Below, in pieces: positions 10,645-21,100 of a stretch of DNA of 64,000 nucleotides. Origin of the DNA: Candidatus Latescibacterota bacterium (GTDB lineage: Bacteria > Latescibacterota > UBA2968 > SICM01); assembly GCA_965217865.1 (NCBI GenBank), contig CBDCJO010000002.1, positions 2,400,001 through 2,464,000 on the forward strand, in the 5' to 3' direction. The translations under genes were made by a program, and so were the position numbers. A model generated the notes under the pieces. That model worked only from the letters and a program-made list of their open reading frames with translations. It had not been told where the DNA came from and did not search any database. Positions within the stretch are counted from its first letter, which is position 1; the number at the start of each line of letters is the position of its first letter.

Positions 10645-10938
10645 TTACCCCGCGGTCGGCGATTTCTCGTCCTCCGAGGATTCCTTGCTGAAGATGCCAC
10701 CTAACGTCTTTTGCCAGACGAGCTTCAGGAAAAAGTTAAATGCCTCCCGGACCGTCCCCCAAGTGATATTATTAGAATCGGTCTCCGAGAGGCACCATTG
10801 TAGCAGGTTGATGTTTTCCTCCAGGATGCGATGTTTAACCCGCGCCTCATCGCTCAGTTCACTTCGGTGGGCGTTGGAAAAAAAATAAGCCTGCGTCAGC
10901 ACCCGAAGCCGCTCTTCCAATTCTTCCCGGAGACGCAT
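10645..10938 (-). CDS. Hypothetical protein
   Basis: 97-aa ORF, co-oriented and abutting the cyclase start. Confidence 0.5.
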   Translation of the reverse strand: MRLREELEERLRVLTQAYFFSNAHRSELSDEARVKHRILEENINLLQWCLSETDSNNITWGTVREAFNFFLKLVWQKTLGGIFSKESSEDEKSPTAG

Positions 10939-11206
10939 GGGGGTCCCTTCAAAAAATCAGGAATCAGGGGGCGGTAATCTGGCACCACGATCCCGATCAA
11001 ATCCATAAACCTGATTTTCGGTTCCCGGGCCCCCCCAGCCTGAAGGTTATTTGCTCTTCTTGATCCGCGCCAACACCTCTTTTGCCTTCTTTGCCCATTC
11101 GGTGTCCGCGTGGTTCTGGATGAGGCCTTCGAGATACTTCTGTGCCTGGGCATGTGTATCTATTCTGAGATAACAAGAGAAAAGCAGATAAAGGTCCAAG
11201 CAAGAT

Positions 11207-12238
11207 TCAGGCAGCCTTGTGGATGGTCTGGGATGTTCTTTGCCGATTGATTTCTATGCGGCGCTGCCGAGCCTCCTCCTTTCGACCTTGTCGGTGGTGA
11301 AGAATCTTTTGATGCTGGCCTTTATGCCTCTGAAGAGGCGTGACATACTGTATTGCCCCGTGATAGCGTTCGGCGTTGTAGCTGTGAATGAAGGAATCAA
11401 TCAGGCCTTCCAGTTGATGGAATGTGAAGATGTCCTGGAAGCGCAGCCAGTCGTATTTGAATGTCCGGAAAAAGGCTTCGATCCAGGCGTTGTCCGTGGG
11501 TGTTTGATATCGGGCAAACAGCTGCGAGATGCCCAGGTCCTTGAAGAATTGGGCCATCGATTTGGCCTTCATCTGAGATCCGTGATCTGAGAGGGCTGTC
11601 AAGCTTATGGGCCCAGTGTCCAGGTCCAGCAGTCCTTCGTTGGCAAGGGCTTGATCCCAGGCCTGTTTGACCTGCTCCACGGTCGCGTTGAAGGAGAGCT
11701 TCCATCCTACGATCTTCCTGGAATACACGTCGAGAATGGCGGTAAAATACAGGAACAAACCGAAAAATGGGATGTAGGTCAGGTCCCAGCTCCAGACCTG
11801 ATTAGGACCTTCAGGTTTGACCTGGGGCTTGCTCTGCTTGACCGGCGTCCTCACCTGTTTCCTGCGTGCCAGACGTTCTTTCCTGGCCTGTCGGTAGAAG
11901 CTGGAGGCCGAGGCCTGCACTACCCCCTTCTCTGAGGCTACCACCGCCAGCTGATGGGGAGGCAGATCGGCATAGGTCTCATCCCTTAAGAGGGCCGAGA
12001 TTTGCTCTTTCTCCTCCCTCAGCAATCCGTGTGGGGCCTCATCAGGGGCGGGCCCGGGCTTCCCATCCAAAAGCGGGTCCGACACCCCATCCAGCTTCTC
12101 TTCTCGATCTCGCCGGCTCCAGGCACAATACCGCTGGAGGGGAAGCTGTAGGATCTCGCAAGAACGGGTGAGTTTCACCCCTTTCTCCTTGGCCCGATGG
12201 ACCATTAAGAGGATCTCGCGTTTGACCTCAGCTTGCAC
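11207..12238 (-). CDS. IS3 transposase OrfB (rve integrase core)
   Basis: PNQVWSWDLTY, LDVYSRKIVGW, SDHGSQM, DNAWIEAFFRTFK. Confidence 0.92.
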   Translation of the reverse strand: MQAEVKREILLMVHRAKEKGVKLTRSCEILQLPLQRYCAWSRRDREEKLDGVSDPLLDGKPGPAPDEAPHGLLREEKEQISALLRDETYADLPPHQLAVVASEKGVVQASASSFYRQARKERLARRKQVRTPVKQSKPQVKPEGPNQVWSWDLTYIPFFGLFLYFTAILDVYSRKIVGWKLSFNATVEQVKQAWDQALANEGLLDLDTGPISLTALSDHGSQMKAKSMAQFFKDLGISQLFARYQTPTDNAWIEAFFRTFKYDWLRFQDIFTFHQLEGLIDSFIHSYNAERYHGAIQYVTPLQRHKGQHQKILHHRQGRKEEARQRRIEINRQRTSQTIHKAA

Positions 12239-12261
12239 CCGGTGGCCCTTGATCGGGCCTG

Positions 12262-12597
12262 TCAGATCCCATTCACACTTTTTTTTAGCAGGGAAAGTTC
12301 CACAGATTGCTCAATGATCGTTTGCTCCAGGCGTGCCCGCTCTTTGCGCAGCTGCTCCACCTCCTCAGCCGATACCATCGGCTTGCGGCTCCGGCGACCC
12401 TTGAACTCCTTGAGGGCCCCGGACTTGACCGACTCACGAATACGCTTTAGATCCGAGGAATGAATGCCCCATTTCCGCAGCACCTGTGCAATGGGAACAT
12501 CTCCCCGGCTGGCTTCAAGGAAAATCTCATACTTCTGTTCCGGGGACAAGCTCCTGCGCTTCTTGACCGGGTCACTGTTTGAGGACAGTTGCTCCAT
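12262..12597 (-). CDS. IS3 transposase OrfA (HTH), joined to OrfB by a -1 frameshift
   Basis: HTH and leucine zipper; A8G slippery site at 12278-12286, with the -1 frame reading KKCEWDLTGPIKGHRVQAEVK into OrfB. Confidence 0.88.
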   Translation of the reverse strand: MEQLSSNSDPVKKRRSLSPEQKYEIFLEASRGDVPIAQVLRKWGIHSSDLKRIRESVKSGALKEFKGRRSRKPMVSAEEVEQLRKERARLEQTIIEQSVELSLLKKSVNGI

Positions 12598-13289
12598 CTT
12601 TACTCCTCCTGTGAGGTCAGGGATATCCCAAAATATGTATCCCTTCTCAACCCTACAGGCAACCAGGATCTTGCTTCGACCTTGCCCCCGTTTTTTCGGG
12701 CGATCTCAGACAAAAGATACATTGTCTCCCAGTTGGGTGTAGCACTCAGCGATGAAGTACTTGGACTCTGCGGTCCCCTCCGCATCGGGATCTTCGGCAA
12801 TTGTTCCCTGGAGCAAGGTGATGGCGCTCTTCAACTCCAGGCGACTTGGATATCGATTTCCCCCCTTGTAGTAGAGCTGATTGAGCACGGCATCCTCGGC
12901 CTCGGCCCCGCGCACACCCGCCACCGTTGTGGTTTTCTGCGCCTCGAAGTCCCGCTTCTTCTTGGTCATCTCGTTGATTCGCTTCCACCGGTCGAGGAAC
13001 TTCTTGGAAACCTTGACCTTGGCAGTATCCGAAGCCGCCGCCTTTTTCTCTGGCGCTTTCTTCTTCGTCGCCTTCTTTTCTGGCGCCTTCTTCTCCGAGG
13101 CCTTCTCCTCCTCAGCGGTCACCCCGAATGTTGCGGTGAGAACGAGGGCGAGACCCACGAGGATCGCGTATACCCGTGACATGCTAACCTCCTTGAATGA
13201 TGCGGTTTGAATCCGCACGGAAATCCATCCTGGTTTCACAACCGGAACCGATCTTCACACGAATCCTTATTCCCCCCCCTGCTCTTCCT

Positions 13290-14603
13290 TTAACTCCTGT
13301 GCCTCCCGGGGGTCACGAACGCGGCCGCGCGCGTCGGATCCGACCAGCTCATCTTGTTCTTTCCGAGGATATAGACATTGTCGAGTCGCTTTGTCGTGAC
13401 CTTGGTGGCCTTATCGCGGGTATAACTTACCTTCACCGTCGGCTGGACCAGATTGTCGAAAGCGGCCCCTTCCGAGGTCAGCAGGTCCGGAGGAAAAGTC
13501 AGATGGAACGAGAAGCGCTGGGTCGTCTGAGGGAGAAGGATTATCGATTCCTCGTGGGGGACCTTCGTCAGCGTAGGCACCTCGATGCTTACCGTCACCG
13601 GCAGGGGGGAAGAGGCGGAACTCTTCAACTCCACATCGATGAAGTCACTCTCCTCATAGTGACGGTAGAAGGACTTGAACACAGGCGAGGGACGCACGAG
13701 TGCGTTCTTGATCGAGACCAGGGCGGGGTTGTAGGAGAGGGACATGGCAACATGATGCGTGGCCGGCAGAACCGGGTGGTGTTCATACGCGTAGTCCAAC
13801 CGCATAAACCGGTAGCGAAGCCCGAAACCCATCGTGTAGAGCCATCCTACCTCGGACTCCTGGATGTCCTTCTGAATCCCTGTGCGAAGGGCCAGAGGGG
13901 CGGCCACCTGATACTCCCCGCCTATATACGCTGACTGCCGATCCACATCCACCGCGAAGGTCCCGCCTTCGACCGGTTTGTATGCGACCCCACCCCGGAC
14001 GTTCGTGGACGGCGCGATCTCGTCCGAACGCTGGTTTTGCCTGACCGACGTCCCGCCGATGTCCTGGAACACCAGGCCGACCCGAAGTCGGCGATCCGGT
14101 GAAAACAGCATGCTCGCGTCAAACCCCAAACCCGAAGCGCTCCGCAAGCTGTTCTTGTCCAGTTCGAAAGACTGGCTTACCCGCTTCACCCCGATACCGA
14201 TGTTGAATTTCGGATGGACCCGGTAGCCGTACGACAGGTTGAGGACGCTCTCCGAAAACCCCAACTCGCTGTCTGAGAAACTGTCCCTCCGCAAGTCAAA
14301 CCCGATGGCATGGTCGTCCAGGATGGGAAGGACGTAACCCGTGTAGCTGTTCTGGATCAGATCGAACCGTTTCGCATACGAAAAGGATAACTCCTGCCGC
14401 TGAAGCAGGGGCAATCCCGACGGATTCAGAAGAATCGTGTTGGCGTCGTCCGCAATGGCCGTGAACGCCCCGCCCATCGCAATCGATCGCGCCCCCGCGG
14501 TGACCGTCGGCTGGTCGGACTTCGCAGCCGGAGAGCCCGGAAGTAAGAAAAGATACACGACCCCGAATATGAATATCCGCAGAAAACCCCCGAATTCAAC
14601 CAT
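13290..14603 (-). CDS. PorV/PorQ (UPF0164)-like outer-membrane beta-barrel protein, possibly C-terminally truncated
   Basis: GARSIAMGGAFTAIADDANTILLNPSGL signature, LDYAY, beta-strand pattern. Confidence 0.75.
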   Translation of the reverse strand: MVEFGGFLRIFIFGVVYLFLLPGSPAAKSDQPTVTAGARSIAMGGAFTAIADDANTILLNPSGLPLLQRQELSFSYAKRFDLIQNSYTGYVLPILDDHAIGFDLRRDSFSDSELGFSESVLNLSYGYRVHPKFNIGIGVKRVSQSFELDKNSLRSASGLGFDASMLFSPDRRLRVGLVFQDIGGTSVRQNQRSDEIAPSTNVRGGVAYKPVEGGTFAVDVDRQSAYIGGEYQVAAPLALRTGIQKDIQESEVGWLYTMGFGLRYRFMRLDYAYEHHPVLPATHHVAMSLSYNPALVSIKNALVRPSPVFKSFYRHYEESDFIDVELKSSASSPLPVTVSIEVPTLTKVPHEESIILLPQTTQRFSFHLTFPPDLLTSEGAAFDNLVQPTVKVSYTRDKATKVTTKRLDNVYILGKNKMSWSDPTRAAAFVTPGRHRS

Positions 14604-14648
14604 CCCCAAAAAAGCGTTTTGGAACTTCCCTTTTTCAATCTTCAATTT

Positions 14649-16118
14649 TCAATTTCCTTCCTGAACGATCACGGTCTGCCCTTGTGTGATCCCTTCCTGC
14701 TTCACGGTTCGACCGCTCGGAAAACGCACTTCAACATCGTAGCTGCCCGGTGCCACCCCAAAATGCACCTCGGAGAGCGGTTGCGGTCCTGAGGTCGTAA
14801 ACCGAACCCCCCGCAAATTCTGCGTCCCCGCCGCGAGCAGCCTCACCTTAGCCCCGACACCGTCCCGGTTGCTCAGCGGCGGTCCTGAACCCGCAATTTT
14901 CACCTTGATAAAATTTTCGTCATCCTGATCGTTCCGGAAGAGCCGGCTGATCTCGAATCCCGGAAACTTGTCGTGGACCACAAAAAGATCCAGATCCCCG
15001 TCATCGTCGAAATCCGCCGTGGCTGCGTTCATCGAATATCCGGAGGCCTCCACCCCCGAGCCGTCACTCTGCTCCAAAAAAGTCCCGTCCCCCTGTGCGA
15101 CGTACAGAACGTCCGGCTCTCCATTGGCCGACTCCACGCCTTGCGCGACGAAGATGTCTGGGTGTCCGTCGTGGTTGAAGTCCCCCCATATTCCCGTCCA
15201 GGAGATCCAGCCTGAGGCCGCCTTCCGCACACCCGAGGCCTTGGACACATTCACAAACGACCCAGCGCCCTCGTTCCGATAAAGGACATTCGCACCGATG
15301 TTCGCCAGGAAGCAGTCCATGTCGCCATCGTTGTCGTAGTCCGTCCAGGCCAGATTTCTTCCGACCTCGGTATTGTCCATCCCTACGATTGGACCGACGT
15401 CCTCGAACGTCCCGCTCCCGTCATTTCGATAGAGTCCATTGGCCTGTTCCCGATTGACCACATAGAGGTCCACGTCCCCATCGTCGTCATAATCGACCCA
15501 GGCGGCTTTTTCGCTGTCCCGCTTATCTTCGACGCCTGCATCCACGAGGGAAAACGTTCCATCCCCGTTGTTTCGATAGAGTTCATTCTCCACCCTACCC
15601 TTGCAGAGATACAGGTCAAGCGAGCCGTCCCCGTCGTAGTCCCCCCAGGCTGCGGATATTTTGGTGCCCAAAGGTCCCCCTGCGACCCCAGCGGCCCCCG
15701 TCACATCTGTAAAACGGCCGGCCTGGTTGCGATAGAGAATGTTGGCCCTGAAAAAATTGACCACGTATAGATCCGCGTCCCCGTCGTTGTCATAATCGCC
15801 CCACGCCGAGAAAATACTGTTGACCCCGAGCGGTACAACCCCCGACTGACCGGCAACGTTCGTGAACCTCCCGTTTCCATCGTTCCTGAACAGCGCGTTC
15901 CGGGGATCGCTGACCCCAGTTGCCCAGTTCGTGACGTAGAGGTCCAGGAGACCGTCTCCGTCGTAATCCGCCCAGGTCCCGCTCGTGCCAAGAAGCGCAT
16001 TTACGACCCCTGAGGACTGGGTGACGTCTGTGAACCGTTGCTGTGCCTGAGCTTGCGATGCGGTATCGGAGATCGCGATCGCGGGGATTAAGAGAAAAAA
16101 ACAACGCGCAATTTTCAT
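14649..16118 (-). CDS. FG-GAP/VCBS-repeat CRTAC1-like protein with ASPIC/UnbV domain
   Basis: Repeated W(G/A)DYDNDGDxDLYV; SNRDGVGAKV..VHFG..VRFPSG. Confidence 0.88.
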   Translation of the reverse strand: MKIARCFFLLIPAIAISDTASQAQAQQRFTDVTQSSGVVNALLGTSGTWADYDGDGLLDLYVTNWATGVSDPRNALFRNDGNGRFTNVAGQSGVVPLGVNSIFSAWGDYDNDGDADLYVVNFFRANILYRNQAGRFTDVTGAAGVAGGPLGTKISAAWGDYDGDGSLDLYLCKGRVENELYRNNGDGTFSLVDAGVEDKRDSEKAAWVDYDDDGDVDLYVVNREQANGLYRNDGSGTFEDVGPIVGMDNTEVGRNLAWTDYDNDGDMDCFLANIGANVLYRNEGAGSFVNVSKASGVRKAASGWISWTGIWGDFNHDGHPDIFVAQGVESANGEPDVLYVAQGDGTFLEQSDGSGVEASGYSMNAATADFDDDGDLDLFVVHDKFPGFEISRLFRNDQDDENFIKVKIAGSGPPLSNRDGVGAKVRLLAAGTQNLRGVRFTTSGPQPLSEVHFGVAPGSYDVEVRFPSGRTVKQEGITQGQTVIVQEGN

Positions 16119-16163
16119 GAATTATCCTGAAGGGTATAGAATCGGTCGGTGGTCCAACAAACC

Positions 16164-16922
16164 TTATTTTCGTCTCAAAATCGTCAGGTTATCCGCGCTG
16201 GCCTTCGAAAGCCTCCGTATTCGATCCCGTTCGAACCACCCGATGAACTCGAATTTCTTATTGAACTCGACATAGGCCAGGAATTCCTGGGGGAAAATCA
16301 TCCTGACATCCCCCCGGTCCTCAAAAACCAGCCTTCGGCCGCGGTCCTTAACATCCAACCTCAGGGTATGCGAAAGCATCTGGGTCAGGGCGTCTTTGAC
16401 CTGAACGTCATAAGTCGTCTTGACCTGGACCCCATCCTTCCGCATCGTCCAGTCTCCCGGGCCCAGCATGTTTTTGCCCGACCAATTCAACCGGAAATTA
16501 TCGATCAGATATAATCCGCCTCTTTTCAGGGAACTCGCGACGGAGTCCAAATGGGCCATGAAACCATCCCGACTCTCGATGCACCCGATGGTCCCCATCA
16601 TGATCGAGGCAAAATCCACCTTTTTTTCGAGGCGGAACCGGGTCATGTCACCTTGAATGGTCTCGACCTGGATCCCTTCCTCCCTGGATCTCCTTTTCAG
16701 ATGCCGGAGCATCTTCGGATTTATATCCAACCCGATCGCACCATAACCCCGCTTGGCGATCTCCCGCAACTGCAAACTCGGACCACATCCCATGTCGAGA
16801 AATCGCTTGACCTTTATCTTGGAGAACTTTTGGATAAACCTTTCAAACAGGTCGATCTGTCTTTTGATGTCTATGAAGCCAAAGGCAATCTCATAATAGA
16901 GGGGTTGTTCATACACGCTCAT
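16164..16922 (-). CDS. Class I SAM-dependent methyltransferase
   Basis: FLDMGCGP, GLDIN, QGDM, LKRGGLYLID. Confidence 0.85.
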   Translation of the reverse strand: MSVYEQPLYYEIAFGFIDIKRQIDLFERFIQKFSKIKVKRFLDMGCGPSLQLREIAKRGYGAIGLDINPKMLRHLKRRSREEGIQVETIQGDMTRFRLEKKVDFASIMMGTIGCIESRDGFMAHLDSVASSLKRGGLYLIDNFRLNWSGKNMLGPGDWTMRKDGVQVKTTYDVQVKDALTQMLSHTLRLDVKDRGRRLVFEDRGDVRMIFPQEFLAYVEFNKKFEFIGWFERDRIRRLSKASADNLTILRRK

Positions 16923-16979
16923 CGTCTGGCTTTATCCAGTCAAGATTTCAATCTTCAATCACCAATATTCATTTTCTTT

Positions 16980-18104
16980 TCAATTTCTTAGAACCCCAAC
17001 CGTTCGGGTGGACTTCTGCCCATCCGCCATCAGCACGACGATGTAGAGACCGCTTGGAACCAGTTTTCCGTCGTTGTCCCTACCATTCCACGTGACGACA
17101 TTGTTCTGAAGGAAAAACACGGAGGCATCGGACAGACTCGTCCTGCCTCCGACAACCGCGTCTATCTGTCCTTGATTGTCGTAATCGCCCCAGGCCATCG
17201 CCCCGACGAGCCGGGTGAAATTTCCGGTTCCTTCCCGAAGTGTGCCGGTGGGCCGGTTGTTGTACACGATGAACCTGGCGTTCCAGGTTGCGTCCCGCCC
17301 CGAAGTAAAAAGATCGACGTCCCCGTCAGCGTCGTAATCCGCCCAGGTCGCCGATCCGTTCGAAAGCGCGGTCACGTCCGTCCCCCTGTCGAAACCCAGC
17401 GTCCCCAGGGGCTGGTTCTTGTAAATCCTCGAGAGCCTGACCCCCCCTGCACCGAATCCCGTCAGGACAAGATCGAGGTCGTCATCGTTGTCGTAGTCCC
17501 CCCAGGCCAGCGCCCCCTGTGCGACATTGACCAGGACCTCGGTGTTCTCCTGGTCAATGTCAAAATCCCCGTCCCGATTTCTATAGACGATGGTCCCGGG
17601 ATCGCCGATACGGTCCATCCCCGAGACCACCAGGTCCGGGTCCCCGTCGTTGTCGTAATCCCCCCATGCCAAGGCGGTGTAGCGGACCGGCACGAACGCC
17701 GACTGGTCCGAATCTTCGAGCAGAATACCGTTATCGTTTCGATAAACCCTGAGGATCTCCTGATCAAGGTCGTCCAGGCCGGAAAGGGCAAGGTCCAGGT
17801 CCCCGTCTCCATCGTAGTCAGCCCACCCCACGGACCCATAAGCCACACCTGTAAGGGAACTGCCCGAGTCCGCTATCATGGGCCCGTTTACGTTCCGGTA
17901 GAGACGGGCCAAGCGTCCACCCCCGTCCGCGGGACCGGTCTGACCGGCCAGGACCAGGTCCGGCAGCCCATCCCCGGTATAATCCCCGAAAGCAGCGGCC
18001 GCGGACCACACCCCGGGTAAGGTCTGCATCTGCTCCCACGGCCCCTGGGCGGGTGCCTCGGCAACCGCGAAGAGAACCAGGACAACAGAAACGAAAAGCC
18101 TCAT
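16980..18104 (-). CDS. FG-GAP repeat protein ending in a partial FlgD-Ig domain (internal deletion likely)
   Basis: WGDYDNDGDxDL repeats jump directly to VTWNGRDNDGKLVPSGLY. Confidence 0.75.
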   Translation of the reverse strand: MRLFVSVVLVLFAVAEAPAQGPWEQMQTLPGVWSAAAAFGDYTGDGLPDLVLAGQTGPADGGGRLARLYRNVNGPMIADSGSSLTGVAYGSVGWADYDGDGDLDLALSGLDDLDQEILRVYRNDNGILLEDSDQSAFVPVRYTALAWGDYDNDGDPDLVVSGMDRIGDPGTIVYRNRDGDFDIDQENTEVLVNVAQGALAWGDYDNDDDLDLVLTGFGAGGVRLSRIYKNQPLGTLGFDRGTDVTALSNGSATWADYDADGDVDLFTSGRDATWNARFIVYNNRPTGTLREGTGNFTRLVGAMAWGDYDNQGQIDAVVGGRTSLSDASVFFLQNNVVTWNGRDNDGKLVPSGLYIVVLMADGQKSTRTVGVLRN

Positions 18105-18188
18105 AGCCTCATCGGTCCCACTGGATTCTTTCCCAAAACCCAAAGGCCAAGGGTTTCATTCTGCACTTCGCATTTCCATTTCATTTCT

Positions 18189-21100
18189 TCACTTCAAAAA
18201 CAGCATCTTCTCCGCGTGGACGAACTTACCGGCGACCATCCGATAGAAATAGACTCCGGAGGCCACACCCCGACCGCGGGTGTCCTTCCCGTCCCACCGA
18301 ACGGTGTAGAATCCCGCTTCCTGACGGGCGTCCAGCAGCGTGGCCACCTGCTGACCCAGGATGTTGTAGACCCTTAACGTCACCCGTTCGGCCTGCGGGA
18401 TCGCATACCGGATCGTGGTGATGGGGTTGAAAGGATTCGGGTAGTTGTGGGCGAGGATAAAATCGGACGGAACCAGGTAAAGCCGGGCGTCTTCGAGATG
18501 CACGCCCACCTGTGTTATCCGATCAAGCTCGTGGACCAGAAGGTCCGTCACGGAGACCACCGGTCCCTTCGGATGGTCCTTTTTAAGCCGGAGCCGGATC
18601 TCGGCCACGGACCCTTCCGATGCCCCACTCCCTTCGGTCTGATAGTTGCCGAAGGTGATCCGGTTGTCCTCCTCCCTGACCGACCAGAAGAGCGGTGCAA
18701 CCCCCCCATCCCGGTTCAGTACGTCTTCTCCCGCATCGATCCCGAGCCACTCGACAACATCGCCATCGTAGGTCAGACTGATCCCGAAACCCTTCAGGTC
18801 CGTCACGTTATGGATCCCCAGCCGGGCGACGACCACATCGCCCTTGCCCGCTGAGGTGAGGGCTGTTTCGAAATTCAGCCGGATGGACTCGTTCGGAACC
18901 GTGGTTACAACCGGCTTCGATGAACCCGTACCGACAAGGTATTGAAAATCAAACACCACCTGGAGGACGAAGAGATCTTCAAGCCCCGCCTGCCCGTCGC
19001 CGTCGAAGTCCGCCCTCGGGTCATAACCCGGATCACCGACCTTTGTGTTGAATGCCAGGGCATAGATGAAGAAGTCCTCCAGATTGGCGACCCCATTCCC
19101 GTCGGCATCTCCCGGACGTTCGGGCTGGTTTGCGTTGACCATGAACGACTTGGTCGCGCTGAACGGACCGTCGAAGGTCCCATCGTTGGCGCGTGCGCGC
19201 CAGTAGTAAGTGGTATTTTCAGTCAAAGCCCGGTCTACGGTCCAGGCCGTAAGTCCCGCCGGATCATTCGCACCGATTCCAGCCCCCTCCGCCAAACCGC
19301 TGATGGAGGCGGCGATGTCCGAAAAATCCAATTGGGTGGACACTTGGAAGGTGTAGGGTCAGGGTTCCCTCGGTCGTCGTGGCGTTTGTGACGGCCAGCG
19401 TAGGGGTGAAGGGATTGCCCTGTTTTACGTAAAACCCGGGCGCCGTGATCTCCGATGTTGCAGCCGAGGCCAGGGCATCCTGAGAGGCGTCGCTCAAATT
19501 GCCCGAGGCATCCACTGCGTTTATTCGGTATCGATAGGCCACGTCGGAAAGCAGCCCCGTGTCCGTGAACAAAAGCCCCGACACCTGCGTGGCCACCGCC
19601 TCGAACGATCCGCCATCCTCCGACCGGCTGACATCGTAGCCAATCACATCGACATCCTCGCTGCCGGTCCAGATGACGACGGCCTTGCCGCCGGAGGCCT
19701 GTGCACTTACGGAAGTGGGTGGGGCCGGTGCCGGCTGATCCGGTTCAGAGAGCGTCGTGAAGGTAAGCGCCTCAGCCGGCTCCGGTCCGGCCTTGTTATC
19801 GTTCGGGTCGATCGATTCGACTTTGAAGAAATAGGACTCCCCCGGCGTCAGCTCGGTCAAGGTCACACGGTGGCTCAACACGTTGTCCGAACTCCCGGCG
19901 GTGAGCGCAAGGGTCTGGTCCGTCCCGTACTGCACCGCGCTGTTCGCTGTCTCGTCGGTCATCCACGTGACCGTAGCCGTCGAGTCCGTGGCGAAAAGGA
20001 ATTTCGTGTCGGAAATGTCAGGCGCCGTCAGGTCGGGGGAGGAATCCGTATCAAACTCCGCATCCTCGTGGGTCGGACCGTTGTTCGAGGGGTCCGTGGA
20101 ACTCACCCGGTAGAAGTACGTTGTCCCAGCCGTCAGGTTGGTCAGGACCACCGAGTGCTCCGTCGCGGGATCCGGGTCCGTGAACGTCAGGTCCAGGTCC
20201 GAGGCCGACGTGCCGTATTCCACCGTGCTGTTGGAGGCTTCATCCGTTTTCCAGACGATCGTGACCGTCCTATCGCTCCGGTAGGAGAGCGACGGCGACT
20301 CGGTGATGACCGGGGAGGTCAGGTCGATATCCGTAGCGGTTTTAGCAAGCCCGGTCCGGCTCTTGGTGGACCCGTTCCCCACCACGTCCGTGGAGCCCAC
20401 CTGGAACTGGCATGAGGCTCCCGGGGACAGGTTGTCCAGCACCACGCAGTGCTTTGTCACGTCGTTCTCGTCCACCGTCATCGCGTCGAGATTGTCCACG
20501 CCCGAGGCGACCTCCGAGTCGCTCCGCTCGTCCGTCTCCCACTCCACCGTAATCGAGCTAGCCGTCGAAGCAATGACCGTCGGGCCATCGAGGATCACCG
20601 GGAACGTCACATCCGCCGTCGTGCTCGTCACGAAGCTCCCGTCCCCCCCAGGCGGCTGGAGGCCCAGGCCCTGCCCGGGTTTGGTCCGGAGGGTCGGATC
20701 CACGCTCACCGCGGTCTTCACGCCGTCCGAGGAGGAAGCCCGGAAGAAGTACTCTGTTCCCGGCACCAGATTCGTGACCCGCACGACGTGATCTCTCACG
20801 AATTCGGGCTTTTCGACAACCTCCTCGTCGGCCGTTCCGAACGTCTCCGGGGTCCCGTAGCTGACCTTGCTGTTCGCGAGCCTGTTCGTCGTCCAGGTCG
20901 CGATGGCCACGATGTCCTTGAATTCGATCAGGGGACCCTGGATGAACTCCAGCTCGAGATCCGAATCCTCCTTCAGGGTTTTAAACGTGTAGTCTCTGCT
21001 GATCTGATCGGTCCCCACCGGGTCCGTCGTGGACACGTTCCCCTCGAAATCCCCGGATCCCACCTTGAAGTGGTAGAGCGTGTCCGGAAGGAGATCGGTG

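Larger units (their letters stand above)
11155..12721 (-). mobile_element. IS3-family insertion sequence
   Basis: Imperfect IRs TGTATCTATTCTGAGAT / TGTATCTTTTGTCTGAGAT; orfA plus DDE orfB. Confidence 0.9.
11047..13182 (-). pseudogene. Secreted TPR-type protein interrupted by an IS3 element (N-part 12722-13182, C-part 11047-11154)
   Basis: AGGAGG RBS and signal peptide; ...YFIAECYTQLGD continues after the IS as AQAQKYLEGLIQNHADTEWAKKAKEVLARIKKSK*. Confidence 0.8.
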
